Shown here in pieces: positions 40,919-50,994 of a DNA stretch of 64,000 bases. The stretch's first letter is position 1. Each line of letters begins with the position of its first letter. Source of the DNA: Candidatus Thorarchaeota archaeon (GTDB lineage: Archaea; Asgardarchaeota; Thorarchaeia; Thorarchaeales; Thorarchaeaceae); assembly GCA_016933575.1 (NCBI GenBank), contig JAFGAR010000088.1, forward strand, positions 192,001-256,000, in the 5' to 3' direction. Made by a program: the position numbers and the translations under genes. Below the pieces are notes generated by a model that saw nothing but the letters and a program-made list of their open reading frames with translations, did no database searches and was not told the DNA's origin.

Positions 40919-41196
40919 GAACACGTGTTCGAGTTAATCTCATGCAAAGATGTTTCCAGATAATGGTTGTAGATTATGTGGATAATACCCCTTCATTTCC
41001 TATGGAAATGGAAAAATGGAGTGATCATGAGCGGTCATTCTAATAATGATAAAAATGGAGATAAATAAGAGCTGTGTAAACAACTATTTATACTTATTGA
41101 TAACTATTCTAATAGACTTCTGATTAATATTTCTAGTGGAAATGATGGGGTACTATAGAACTTAGAACACGTGTTCTAATGTATTACATGTATTAC
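40919..41196. other. Probable replication origin (oriC)
   Basis: Inverted ORB-like boxes 40987-41008 and 41130-41151 around an AT-rich ~120-bp core, bracketed by GAACACGTGTTC at 40919 and 41165. Confidence 0.7.
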
Positions 41197-41298
41197 GGAT
41201 ATAAAGAAACCTAGTAGACAAAAATAATCCAATACCACAAGACTGATACAGTGTTCTTAATGCAAACCGGCATACGTTAGAAAGTGGAGGATCCATGA

Positions 41299-43191
41299 TT
41301 GGCGAAACCTCAAGAATTGCTTGAAGACACACCTGGAAAAGAAGTACTACTTCTAGCGAACGAGGCGATTGCTCGTGGAGTGTTAGAGGCTGGAGTTCGA
41401 CTTGTTTCTCTCTATCCAGGCACACCTAGCAGCGAAATTGGAAACAATCTTACTTTCATGGCACCGCATATTCCAAATTTCTACTTTGAATTCAGTACAA
41501 ATGAAAAGGTAGCCTTGGAAGTTGCTGGAGCTGCTGCAGTGGCTGGTGTTAGATCCATGATGGTCTGTAAAGGACCTGGACTGAATGTTGCCGCAGATCC
41601 ATTCTTTTCTCTTGCATACGTAGGAGTACGCGCTGGAATGGTCATTGTTGTTGCTGATGATCCTAGTATGTGGAGCTCACAAAATGAGAATGATAGTCGA
41701 TATTATGCATTAATGGGAAACATGCCAATGATGGAACCTGCAGATCCTATCGAAGCAAAATCAATGCTACTTGAAGCATTCAAGTTTTCTGAAATATTTG
41801 AACTTCCAGTTCTGTTTAGAACAACAACCCGTGTGAATCATACTAGAGCTCCCATAAGATATGGACCAATTCTTCCACGTCCTGACAAAGTAGAATTCAA
41901 AAAGGATCCTTTCAGATTTGTACCAATTCCATCCGTTGCTAGAACTAGACATCCATGGTTACTTGCTCAAATCGAGAAAGCACGAGAAGTATCTGAAACC
42001 AGTCCTCTTAATTTTACAGAGGGTCAAGGAGATTTAGGAATTATTACTAGTGGTGTTTCATATAATTATGTGAAAGAAGCTCTTGTTGTAATGAACCTTA
42101 AAGCTGAAGTCTTGAAGCTTGGAATCACTCATCCAATACCTGAGAAGAAGATTATTGATTTTCTTAAGCGACATAACAAGGTAGTCATCGTAGAAGAGCT
42201 TGAACCCTTCATCGAAACACATACTCGCCGATTATCACAGCTGCATTCTATCAAAGTGGAAATACTCGGCAAAGATCAGGGCTATTTCTCTCGTGTTGGT
42301 GAATACAGTCCTCGAATAGTTATGGAAGTCCTGTGCACAATTAATAATTGTAATACACCTATTAATTGGACAGAGATTGACAATAGAGTAGGAAAGATAC
42401 CCGACTTACCACCAAGACCTCCTCTGCTATGCGCAGGTTGTCCTCATCGAGCATCTTACTATGCCATTCGAACAGCAACTAGAGGAAAAGCAATCTATCC
42501 TTCTGATATCGGTTGCTATACTTTGAGTATAGCTCCGCCTCTGGAAACAGCAGACATTCTCTTTGATATGGGTTCGTCGATTTCTACTGCATGTGGAATA
42601 GCAGAAGTAACTGACCAAGATGTTGTAGCAACAATTGGCGATAGTACCTTCTTTGCATCCGGATTGCCCGGAATTGTTAATGCGGTATACAATCAACATC
42701 GAATTTGTCTTGTTGTTCTTGACAACAGAACAACAGCAATGACTGGGCATCAACCACATCCTGGTACAGGGATTACAGGTATGCAAAAGAAAGTTACACC
42801 TCTAGACATCGAAGATGTATGTAAGGGTCTCGGTGTGAAATATGTTAAAACAATCAATCCTTTTGAATCAGTAGCTGGTCTTGTTGGCGAAGTTCGAGAG
42901 ATGGTAAAATGGTCTAGAGAGAATCATAGTCCTGCAGTACTAGTTTCCAAAGAACCATGTGCTTTGCTGACAGCTGCTGATCGTCGTCGTCAAGGACTTA
43001 CTCCACCAAAATACTATGTTGATTCAGAAACATGTACTGCCTGCAAACGTTGCCTTAATCGTTTATCTTGTCCTGCAATGTACATGGACCCTGATACAGA
43101 AAAAGCAGTCATAGATGAAACACTCTGTAATCTATGTGGAACATGTGTAGCAGTCTGCCCTCAAGGTGCAATTAAGCAGGAGGGTAAATAA
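41299..43191 (+). CDS. iorA: Indolepyruvate:ferredoxin oxidoreductase alpha
   Basis: YPGTPSSE, NEKVALE, LCAGCPHR, GDSTF, TAMTGHQ, C-terminal ferredoxin. Confidence 0.95.
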   Translation: MAKPQELLEDTPGKEVLLLANEAIARGVLEAGVRLVSLYPGTPSSEIGNNLTFMAPHIPNFYFEFSTNEKVALEVAGAAAVAGVRSMMVCKGPGLNVAADPFFSLAYVGVRAGMVIVVADDPSMWSSQNENDSRYYALMGNMPMMEPADPIEAKSMLLEAFKFSEIFELPVLFRTTTRVNHTRAPIRYGPILPRPDKVEFKKDPFRFVPIPSVARTRHPWLLAQIEKAREVSETSPLNFTEGQGDLGIITSGVSYNYVKEALVVMNLKAEVLKLGITHPIPEKKIIDFLKRHNKVVIVEELEPFIETHTRRLSQLHSIKVEILGKDQGYFSRVGEYSPRIVMEVLCTINNCNTPINWTEIDNRVGKIPDLPPRPPLLCAGCPHRASYYAIRTATRGKAIYPSDIGCYTLSIAPPLETADILFDMGSSISTACGIAEVTDQDVVATIGDSTFFASGLPGIVNAVYNQHRICLVVLDNRTTAMTGHQPHPGTGITGMQKKVTPLDIEDVCKGLGVKYVKTINPFESVAGLVGEVREMVKWSRENHSPAVLVSKEPCALLTAADRRRQGLTPPKYYVDSETCTACKRCLNRLSCPAMYMDPDTEKAVIDETLCNLCGTCVAVCPQGAIKQEGK

Positions 43192-43806
43192 ATGAGTCGT
43201 AATACTAGTAATACAATTATCAACATAGCTATATCCGGCGTTGGCGGTCAAGGTGTCTTGACTCTTGCAGAACTTCTTGCAAAGGCAGCCCTGAAAGAAG
43301 GCTTGAACGTGCGGGTCGGTGAGATTCATGGAATGGCTCAACGAGGTGGTCATGTAGTATGTACCGTTAGAATCGGTGATGCTCACGGTCCAGTAATTGA
43401 CACAGGTACTGCAGATCTATTAGTTGGTTTTGAACCGGTTGAAACATTAAGAGAAATTCATCTAGTCAAAAGGGGTGGATATGTGCTGATGAGTTCACAT
43501 ATTCAATTTCCTGTAGCAGTATCTATGGGGAAGGCCAAGTACCCAAGTAATGATGAAATCCTAGACACAATCAAGACATTCACGAACAAGATTATTGAAT
43601 TCGATGCAATGGAGGTCGCCCGGAACTCAGGAAGTTCCAGAGCATTAAACATGGTCATGTTTGGTGGAATCATCGGCACTGGTCTTGTTCCAATTAGCAA
43701 AGATGCTGCTCTTCAAGTCATACGTGAATCGTTTCCCTCTAAATTTGAGAAAATAAACACAATTGCAGCAGAAACGGGTATCAACAAGGTCAAGCAATTG
43801 CTCTAA
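43192..43806 (+). CDS. iorB: Indolepyruvate:ferredoxin oxidoreductase beta
   Basis: GVGGQG, EIHGMAQRGG. Confidence 0.95.
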   Translation: MSRNTSNTIINIAISGVGGQGVLTLAELLAKAALKEGLNVRVGEIHGMAQRGGHVVCTVRIGDAHGPVIDTGTADLLVGFEPVETLREIHLVKRGGYVLMSSHIQFPVAVSMGKAKYPSNDEILDTIKTFTNKIIEFDAMEVARNSGSSRALNMVMFGGIIGTGLVPISKDAALQVIRESFPSKFEKINTIAAETGINKVKQLL

Positions 43807-43829
43807 TTATGTATTAATTGTATTACATA

Positions 43830-46190
43830 TTATGACCACTGATTGACGAACAGAGCTGCACTACTTGCAACTTGTCCTGCTGATACTCCACCATCGCCAG
43901 GTGGAATAATTGAATGAAATATAGGAACCAATCCAGACCGCTTCACTTGTTTCCCAATTGCTGATGTGATAATCCGATTAAGAGCCACCCCACCAGAAAA
44001 TCCAATATGTAACACTCCTTCTTCTTCAGCCACATCACAGGCAAGCTTTGCAAGACTCTCACCTAAATGCCATTGAGCGATATATGCAAGTTCCTTTCTA
44101 CTGACTCCTTTATTCTTGAGATCAAGAATCTCCAAGAGTGAATTAGTAGTGTCCAAAACAGGACCATAATCTGCTTCTACAAATCTTGGTTCGATTCTAA
44201 TATCACTAGGATGAGCGACTGCCTCCAATTTTATTGGACACTCACCATCATACGAGTTTTCTGAGCAAATATCCAGGGCAAGAGCTATAGCATCAAGAAA
44301 TCGACCAGCACTCGTACTTGAAATCGTGTTTATTCTCTGTCTTTCAGATTTGAGTAGAGTTTCCAATACTTGTTCAGAAATTGGTGTATTAGGTCCCACT
44401 TGGGATGATCCTAACATATCCAGGAGTTTCTTACTATCTATCTCTTCTCCAACAATTCCAATGAGTGATCGTGCAGCATAGACTGCAGACAAATCACCAC
44501 CTGTGTATACCTGAGAAACAAGCCCTCCTCTTCTCTCAGATTCTTCACAATTACCAACAAGAATCTCACCACCCCAAGCAGTTCCATCTGTTCCATATCC
44601 ATATCCATCAGCTGTAATACAAACAATACGACTATCACAGGGAATCACACCATCAACCATTACTGCTGCAAGATGTGCGTGATGATGTTGAATACGAAAG
44701 AGGGGAACATTGTTGCTGTTAGACAATCTTTGAGCCAATTCAGTGCTCAAGAATTCAGGATGCAAATCACAGGCAACAGCATCTAACTTATTGACATCAA
44801 GAAGATGTAACATATGTTCAATTGCATCAGAGAGAAAATCAATATTTTCTGATTGATCAGTATCTCCAATGTATTGTGTCATATATATTCGACCAGATTT
44901 TAGGACCGCCCCTGTTGTTTTTTCTTCTGGACCAACACCAATAATTCTGAGAGATCTCCATGGCCCGCCAAAGTGAAGTGGTTCTGGTACGTAGCCCCTT
45001 GCACGTCTGATGAAAACAGGACTTGTATCATCTAACAATTTGACAACTGAATCATCAGCCCGTTGATGGATCCTTCGGTTGTGAACTAAGAAATAATCGA
45101 CAATATCGCTCAGTTCACTCATTATTTTACTCGAATCAATGTACATAGGGACCCCAGTAGGGTTCGCACTTGTCATGACCAAAGCTGGTTCCTTAGTGTA
45201 CTTGAAAAGAAGATGATGCATTGGTGCGTATGGTAACATGACTCCGATACTGTCCAAGTTCGGAGCTATAGCATCTAAGACATCATGCTGTAATATCTGT
45301 AATACATTATTTTCAAAGTTCTTCTTCGCCAAGACTATAGGTCTTCTCCATGAAGTGAGAATTCTTTCTTCAACTTCATTGATATTAACGATACCTTTGA
45401 GAGTTTTCAAATCCCGAACCATAATCGCAAATGGTTGGGTTGGTCTTCCTTTTCTTAGTCTTAATCTATGAATTACTCTATGATCACTAGTCTTTGTTGC
45501 AATGTGAGTTCCAGATATTCCTTGAAGTGCGACTATCTTATCACGGTCAATTAGATTCGCAGTCATTTCAATTGGATTTCTATCAGAGACCGTTTCACTA
45601 TCTTTGTCAAGAAGTCGGTAAATTGGACCACACGTTTCACAGGCTGTTGTCTGAGCATGATATCTTCTATCAAAGGGATTTGTATAACCTGTATTACAAA
45701 TATTACATAATGGAAAATCTATCATAGTAGTATTTGGTCTATCGTAAGGAAGATCTGTAACAGTTGAGAACCTTGGTCCACACGCCGCACATGATGTGAA
45801 TGGGTAGAGATACCAATGAGATGTTGGATCATCTAGATCCCTGATGCAATCATCACAGATTGCAATGTCTGGTGGTAATACAGGAATAGCGTCTTTATTT
45901 CTCTCTGTTGAAGACTTACGGATTTCGAACTCTCTGAATACCTTCTGTGAATTTGACCATTGTACGTCGAGCGAATCTATCCTTGATATCGAAGGAGAAT
46001 CATGTTTAATATTCCAAATCAAATTTTGAATACTTTCTTCTTCACCTTCAACAATAATCTCAACACCTGCATCACCAAGATTCTTGACATAGCCATCAAG
46101 CGACAATGACTTTGCAATACGATAGATGAAAGGTCTAAATCCTACTCCTTGAACGATTCCAGTTACATGGATTGTCGCTTGTTTTTGCAC
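43830..46190 (-). CDS. hypF: Hydrogenase maturation carbamoyltransferase
   Basis: GIVQGVGFRP, CGPRF, HAQTTAC, QHHHAH, PGDGG. Confidence 0.96.
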   Translation of the reverse strand: MQKQATIHVTGIVQGVGFRPFIYRIAKSLSLDGYVKNLGDAGVEIIVEGEEESIQNLIWNIKHDSPSISRIDSLDVQWSNSQKVFREFEIRKSSTERNKDAIPVLPPDIAICDDCIRDLDDPTSHWYLYPFTSCAACGPRFSTVTDLPYDRPNTTMIDFPLCNICNTGYTNPFDRRYHAQTTACETCGPIYRLLDKDSETVSDRNPIEMTANLIDRDKIVALQGISGTHIATKTSDHRVIHRLRLRKGRPTQPFAIMVRDLKTLKGIVNINEVEERILTSWRRPIVLAKKNFENNVLQILQHDVLDAIAPNLDSIGVMLPYAPMHHLLFKYTKEPALVMTSANPTGVPMYIDSSKIMSELSDIVDYFLVHNRRIHQRADDSVVKLLDDTSPVFIRRARGYVPEPLHFGGPWRSLRIIGVGPEEKTTGAVLKSGRIYMTQYIGDTDQSENIDFLSDAIEHMLHLLDVNKLDAVACDLHPEFLSTELAQRLSNSNNVPLFRIQHHHAHLAAVMVDGVIPCDSRIVCITADGYGYGTDGTAWGGEILVGNCEESERRGGLVSQVYTGGDLSAVYAARSLIGIVGEEIDSKKLLDMLGSSQVGPNTPISEQVLETLLKSERQRINTISSTSAGRFLDAIALALDICSENSYDGECPIKLEAVAHPSDIRIEPRFVEADYGPVLDTTNSLLEILDLKNKGVSRKELAYIAQWHLGESLAKLACDVAEEEGVLHIGFSGGVALNRIITSAIGKQVKRSGLVPIFHSIIPPGDGGVSAGQVASSAALFVNQWS

Positions 46191-46348
46191 TGTAGTAGCT
46201 CCTTCACATTTTAATATTCAAACTAAATATTAATCCAATGACGTGGTCCTATAACGACTTAATGTATCGTAATACAAATAATACAATCATATATTCTACT
46301 TAGTATAGGTCCTCTTAAGGCTTGAAACATATAAACATCTGATCAGGC

Positions 46349-46762
46349 TTGACGACTAACACTCCTATCAAATCATTAGTTCACGAACCAGAGACAACCC
46401 CCTCAGTCTTAGCTTCAATTCCTGACAGTCTCAAGTATACACTTCTTGAGTCTATCAGTGTTGAGAAAAAATCAAGAAAATCAATACTTGTTTCAAGTAA
46501 CAATCTCACAAATCGTTTCATTCTATCAAGATGGGGAATTCGACCATCTCAGCGAAGGCGATACAAGAATCTATTTTCATCGATAAGAAAACACTGCCGA
46601 ATACTCTTTCAACATTATCTTCTTCGTGGACGTATAGAATGGATTGATAATTCAGGAAAACATCTCTTTGGTGTTTTCAAATTTGATGAAGTACGTGGCA
46701 ATCTAATCTTGGGATTTGTTCCAATGTCTCCAGAATCCGAATGGACTCTTTCTAATCGATGA
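46349..46762 (+). CDS. Hypothetical basic protein
   Basis: 137-aa ORF filling the intergenic space; no family recognised. Confidence 0.55.
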   Translation: MTTNTPIKSLVHEPETTPSVLASIPDSLKYTLLESISVEKKSRKSILVSSNNLTNRFILSRWGIRPSQRRRYKNLFSSIRKHCRILFQHYLLRGRIEWIDNSGKHLFGVFKFDEVRGNLILGFVPMSPESEWTLSNR

Positions 46763-46948
46763 CATCCATTAGCGTTTTCTGTAATACAAGTATCACAATA
46801 TTTAAAGAAGAGGAATAAGTTATCTACCTTTGTATACAATATTGTATCCGTGCAGAACAACAGACTTCACATTGAAGGAAATGCGTTATTGGTGGCTTAG
46901 AAGGCTTTTAGAAGCATTTTCTATCTACCATGAAGGAGCACTACCAGG

Positions 46949-47479
46949 ATGAACAATAATGATAAAAAAATGAGGGAGATAGCATCTGGAACAAAACAGG
47001 TATTACAAGAACCAATTCTTAGACTACTACAAGCCGGGTCTGTACTAAGTCTCCCACAGCTTGAAACACTTCTAATAGATTTGGTCATCGAAGACAACTA
47101 TGGTACTCATATCACTTATGATGATAAAGCATCTTTTAGATCCAAATCCGGAACTAGATCAAAAGGCGTTTCAAGAGGTGCATTCAATAGAACATTAAAA
47201 CAAGCCAGAAAAAATGTGACAAGGTGTCTCTATACAATGCTACTCCTTACTTACCTTGGTTTGTTTGAACTTACGATATTTCGTCCTTTCGAAGAAGTTG
47301 CAGCTCGTATCGGCGATTATCGTAGAATCAGAGAAATACTCGCAGGGAAGACAGACTTGAGTCAAGAGGATCTAGAAAGCATCAAAGTCACTGAACGTAC
47401 GATTATTGCAGCCTTAGAAGATTTAGTTTCATCTCTTGCATTAAAGACCGAAACTTCAAGAAGGAAACCTATGGAATAA
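46949..47479 (+). CDS. Hypothetical HTH-like protein
   Basis: GVSRGAFNRTLKQARKN resembles a recognition helix; GGAG upstream. Confidence 0.65.
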   Translation: MNNNDKKMREIASGTKQVLQEPILRLLQAGSVLSLPQLETLLIDLVIEDNYGTHITYDDKASFRSKSGTRSKGVSRGAFNRTLKQARKNVTRCLYTMLLLTYLGLFELTIFRPFEEVAARIGDYRRIREILAGKTDLSQEDLESIKVTERTIIAALEDLVSSLALKTETSRRKPME

Positions 47480-47564
47480 TTTGAAAATATGTATTATTTG
47501 TATTACATCATGAATTCTAGATAGTCCTAGAATTTTAGTCAGAGCTGTAAAAAAGAAACGGCTC

Positions 47565-47751
47565 GAGTGTGTCGTACAGAAGAAGCGCGACAGACATCTG
47601 GAATCACATTCCGGCACTAGCGCATTCAAGCTACCGTTAAGTCATCCTGGAGATTTTTTGAGGAGATAGAGATGACAATGAAAGTACCTGAAACGTCAGA
47701 GTGATTGTGATCCATCGACGTCAGCCTATCTTCCATTGTTACAACACACTC
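47565..47751 (-). ncRNA. Candidate ~190-nt multibranched structured RNA
   Basis: 12-bp terminal stem plus four internal stems; followed by TTTCTTTTTT on the minus strand. Confidence 0.55.
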
Positions 47752-47980
47752 ATACAATGACATGTAACAATTGTACATAGTTCTAATCTTAGAACGAGAA
47801 ATTCTAGGTCAAATCATCAAAGTCTTGGCGCGAAATTATATCGAAAGGATTAGAATCTCCATATATCTAATACTAGTAATACAAATAATACATTTTCTAC
47901 TCAATAGCACAATTAATCACATAAGTATGAGAACCATATCAAAAGTAAACCAATGATTATCAAAATCACGAGGTCCAGTA

Positions 47981-49210
47981 TTGTCTGAAGAAAAGAATCG
48001 TTCATCAATCCTGAAAGCCGCAAAAGACCGCGCAAGGCAATCAGAAATGCAATCAAATATTCAAATGATTACTGATGCCATTGGAGACCGAAGGGATCGC
48101 GACCTATTAGACATTCTTTCCCAATTGGAACAAGATACTGGTTGGCCAATCGCTCTCGAGTATCTACTTGAAGCAAAAGACTTTTGCTACTCACTTCCAA
48201 TTGGATCTGGTCCAATAAGGACTCAACTAGAACCCCTCAAGTATCGAGAGATGGTATTTTCCATTTTTTCATGTGATGGACTTGAGCCAATTATCACGCC
48301 TACCATTGAACTACTAACTCCTTTGAAAGACGAGCACTCCCTTCTGGATGCATCTCGCAAATTGCGCAACAGAATCGAGCAATTAGCTATGAATCAAATT
48401 CAATCTGGAGATACATTGTTTTTCGACTCTTCAGATTTTGGAATCTCATTTTCAAAAGAATTCTCAAACACACTTGATCAAATGATGAACAAACAAATCC
48501 ATGGACTGGTCTTGGAGAAACATAATGATGAGATTGACATCAGTCCTCTTTGGCAATATGAAACAGGTCGTTTAACATTATCAAAATTGGGAATTAGAGG
48601 GAAGGAGATAGATCTTGAAACTGCTAATCTAGTATTATCTGTAATACAACAACCAATCACAATCTCTAATTCTTCTACACACAATAGTTCCCCATTACAT
48701 CATCCAACAAATCCAAAATACAGGGAATTGCTTGACTGCATTATTGAACAGAACATCGATGGACTGCGTTCATTGTCAAGTAGACATTCTTACATTATAC
48801 TAAAACAACTATTAGAGGAAGCAATAGATCGATATGCTCAAACATCATCAAGTCTAGATTATAGACGAATTCTAAATCTTATCAATGCTCATGTCAGAAT
48901 CCGAACTCCAGAATCAATTCAATTACTTCAACTTCTCATAAATCACAAGGATATACGTATTGCATCTGTGGCAATCACGGCTTTGGGCAACTTCTATCAC
49001 GAGTCAGCTGTATATGTCTTGGTGGATTCTTTATGTGATACCAAAAATATGGAGATTGTAAGAAGAACCACAGCTGCAATCAAAACCATTGCACGAAGGT
49101 GTCCAGAAACCAATTATGTAATCATGCAAGCTCTTGAATCTGCATGTACACACAAAGCTCGATTACGACATATACAGAAGGAAATTGGCAAGCAAAAGGC
49201 TTTGTATTAA
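47981..49210 (+). CDS. Hypothetical protein with C-terminal HEAT repeats
   Basis: ASVAITALGNF...AVYVLVDSL...IVRRTTAAI HEAT-like helices. Confidence 0.7.
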   Translation: MSEEKNRSSILKAAKDRARQSEMQSNIQMITDAIGDRRDRDLLDILSQLEQDTGWPIALEYLLEAKDFCYSLPIGSGPIRTQLEPLKYREMVFSIFSCDGLEPIITPTIELLTPLKDEHSLLDASRKLRNRIEQLAMNQIQSGDTLFFDSSDFGISFSKEFSNTLDQMMNKQIHGLVLEKHNDEIDISPLWQYETGRLTLSKLGIRGKEIDLETANLVLSVIQQPITISNSSTHNSSPLHHPTNPKYRELLDCIIEQNIDGLRSLSSRHSYIILKQLLEEAIDRYAQTSSSLDYRRILNLINAHVRIRTPESIQLLQLLINHKDIRIASVAITALGNFYHESAVYVLVDSLCDTKNMEIVRRTTAAIKTIARRCPETNYVIMQALESACTHKARLRHIQKEIGKQKALY

Positions 49211-49274
49211 TAGTATTACATGTATTTTATTACTCTCGACAGACATAAATCGTATTCGTATCAGGCGTCAGATT

Positions 49275-50660
49275 ATGACAGGTTCTCATGACGAAATTTT
49301 CCAAAGTATTGATCCTTTCTTCAACCCAAAACGTGTAGCTTTAGTTGGTGCATCTGCAGACTATCGGAAACTAGGGAATTCAATTCTAATGAATCTCTTA
49401 GCTTCAGAAATTGAAGTGTATCCAATAACTCATAGCAGAGAACACGTTCTTGGAGTAAAAGCATACCCCAGTCTTTCTAATTTGCCAGAACCTGTTGATC
49501 TTGTGATAGTGGTAGTCGCTGCTAGACATTGCCCTCCACTAATGTCGGAGATAAGAAAGGCTGGAGCTAAGAATGCTGTGATAATATCTGGTGGGTTTAG
49601 TGAGACCGGTCCTGAGGGGCAGGAACATGAAAGAGAATTGGTAAAAGCAGCAAGAGATTCAAATGTAAGAATAATTGGTCCTAATTGTGTTGGCGTTTCT
49701 AATAGTCGTCTCTTTAATGGTACCTTTACAATGATGCCAGAAAGAGGAAATATCGCATTTGTATCTCAGAGTGGTGCTCTTGGAGGTATGAGTATATACA
49801 CAACAAGAGCGAAAAGAATCGGAATGAGTAAATTTGCAAGCATTGGTAATTCAGCTGATGTAGGATTCGTTGAAATCTTGGATTACTTCACACAAGACTC
49901 TAAGTCAACTGTAATTGCAGTGTATATTGAAGGTGTCAATGATGGGCGTGCATTATTTGAATCACTTCAAAGAGCAGCCGTAGTGAAACCAGTTGTTGTA
50001 TTAAAAGGTGGAAGAAGTGAAGCCGGAGGACATGCAACCCAATCGCATACTGGTTCTCTTGCCGGTTCATCACAAATCTTTGATGGGATGCTTCGTCAAG
50101 CTGGTTGTGTGACAGCTCCCACTCTTGACACACTTTTTGAAATATGCAAGCTCTTTGATTATCAACCTCTCCCCAGAGGTTGTAATATTGGTATTATTAG
50201 TAATACAGGAGGAGCAGGAGTACTAGCAACAGATTCTGCTTCAGTATCTGGACTATCTATTGCTTCATTTGAGGACGAAACAAAACACGAATTACGTCAA
50301 GTATTGTCACCCATAGCATCTGTCAATAATCCTATCGATGTTGTTGCAAGTGGTGGAAGGAGAGAATATCGAATTGCCACGGAGCTTCTTCTGAAAGATC
50401 CAAATGTAGACATGCTGCTTGTCATTTGTGGAGTACCAACATTTGCAGGAATGACACAGACAGAACACGCGGCAGGGACTCTTGAAGGTGTAAGGATGGC
50501 TTCAACTGAGAAACCTGTTATCGGAGTATGGCTTGCAGGTGACGTTGGAAAACCTGGCAAGGATTTGTTAGAAATGAACAGAATCCCATGCTTCGATGAT
50601 CCTGCCTTGGCTGCACTCTGCATGTCGCGAATTGCTGAATATGCTAGGAATCACAAATAA
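49275..50660 (+). CDS. acdA: ADP-forming acyl-CoA synthetase alpha subunit
   Basis: FNPKRVALVGAS, IIGPNCVG, SQSGALG, SHTGSLAG, NPID. Confidence 0.92.
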   Translation: MTGSHDEIFQSIDPFFNPKRVALVGASADYRKLGNSILMNLLASEIEVYPITHSREHVLGVKAYPSLSNLPEPVDLVIVVVAARHCPPLMSEIRKAGAKNAVIISGGFSETGPEGQEHERELVKAARDSNVRIIGPNCVGVSNSRLFNGTFTMMPERGNIAFVSQSGALGGMSIYTTRAKRIGMSKFASIGNSADVGFVEILDYFTQDSKSTVIAVYIEGVNDGRALFESLQRAAVVKPVVVLKGGRSEAGGHATQSHTGSLAGSSQIFDGMLRQAGCVTAPTLDTLFEICKLFDYQPLPRGCNIGIISNTGGAGVLATDSASVSGLSIASFEDETKHELRQVLSPIASVNNPIDVVASGGRREYRIATELLLKDPNVDMLLVICGVPTFAGMTQTEHAAGTLEGVRMASTEKPVIGVWLAGDVGKPGKDLLEMNRIPCFDDPALAALCMSRIAEYARNHK

Positions 50661-50693
50661 CGATGTATGTAATACAAATATTACAACACTGGA

Positions 50694-50993
50694 CTACTTG
50701 AGATATTCCTCTGCGATTTGGGGAAATTGTCTTGTTATTGCTTCACGAAGCTGTTGCTCAACCCACATACTCAGATTAATTGCATTATTCTTTCGAATAG
50801 CTTTTAGACATGCTCGAAGATCCATTGGTATTGAAAATGATACAATAGGACTCTTTCGTTCCTTATTGGGTACAGCCGCAAGCATCTCAGTTGTCTTTGT
50901 CAAAGCTTGTGATTCACGAGAAACTGATTTTGTGGTTGGACTCTCTTCTTCTTTTTCAGCTTCTTCACGTCTATATTTTCCAAGTAGACTCAT
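50694..50993 (-). CDS. Ribbon-helix-helix DNA-binding protein with disordered N-terminal tail
   Basis: IVSFSIP beta strand, MDLRACLKAIRK helix, INLSMWVEQQLREAI helix; starts 1 nt after the ATPase stop. Confidence 0.7.
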   Translation of the reverse strand: MSLLGKYRREEAEKEEESPTTKSVSRESQALTKTTEMLAAVPNKERKSPIVSFSIPMDLRACLKAIRKNNAINLSMWVEQQLREAITRQFPQIAEEYLK

Positions 50994-50994
50994 A

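Noticed and set aside
47651-47662. Sm-site-like ATTTTTTG in the candidate ncRNA
   Set aside because: It is on the plus strand, whereas wobble pairs and the terminator favour minus; short T-runs are common.
47771-47956. 61-aa ORF, and other short track ORFs antisense to or overlapping genes and tRNAs (e.g. 6737-6937, 17850-18216, 24659-25054, 58735-58985)
   Set aside because: Shadow ORFs without recognisable motifs, overlapping better-supported features.
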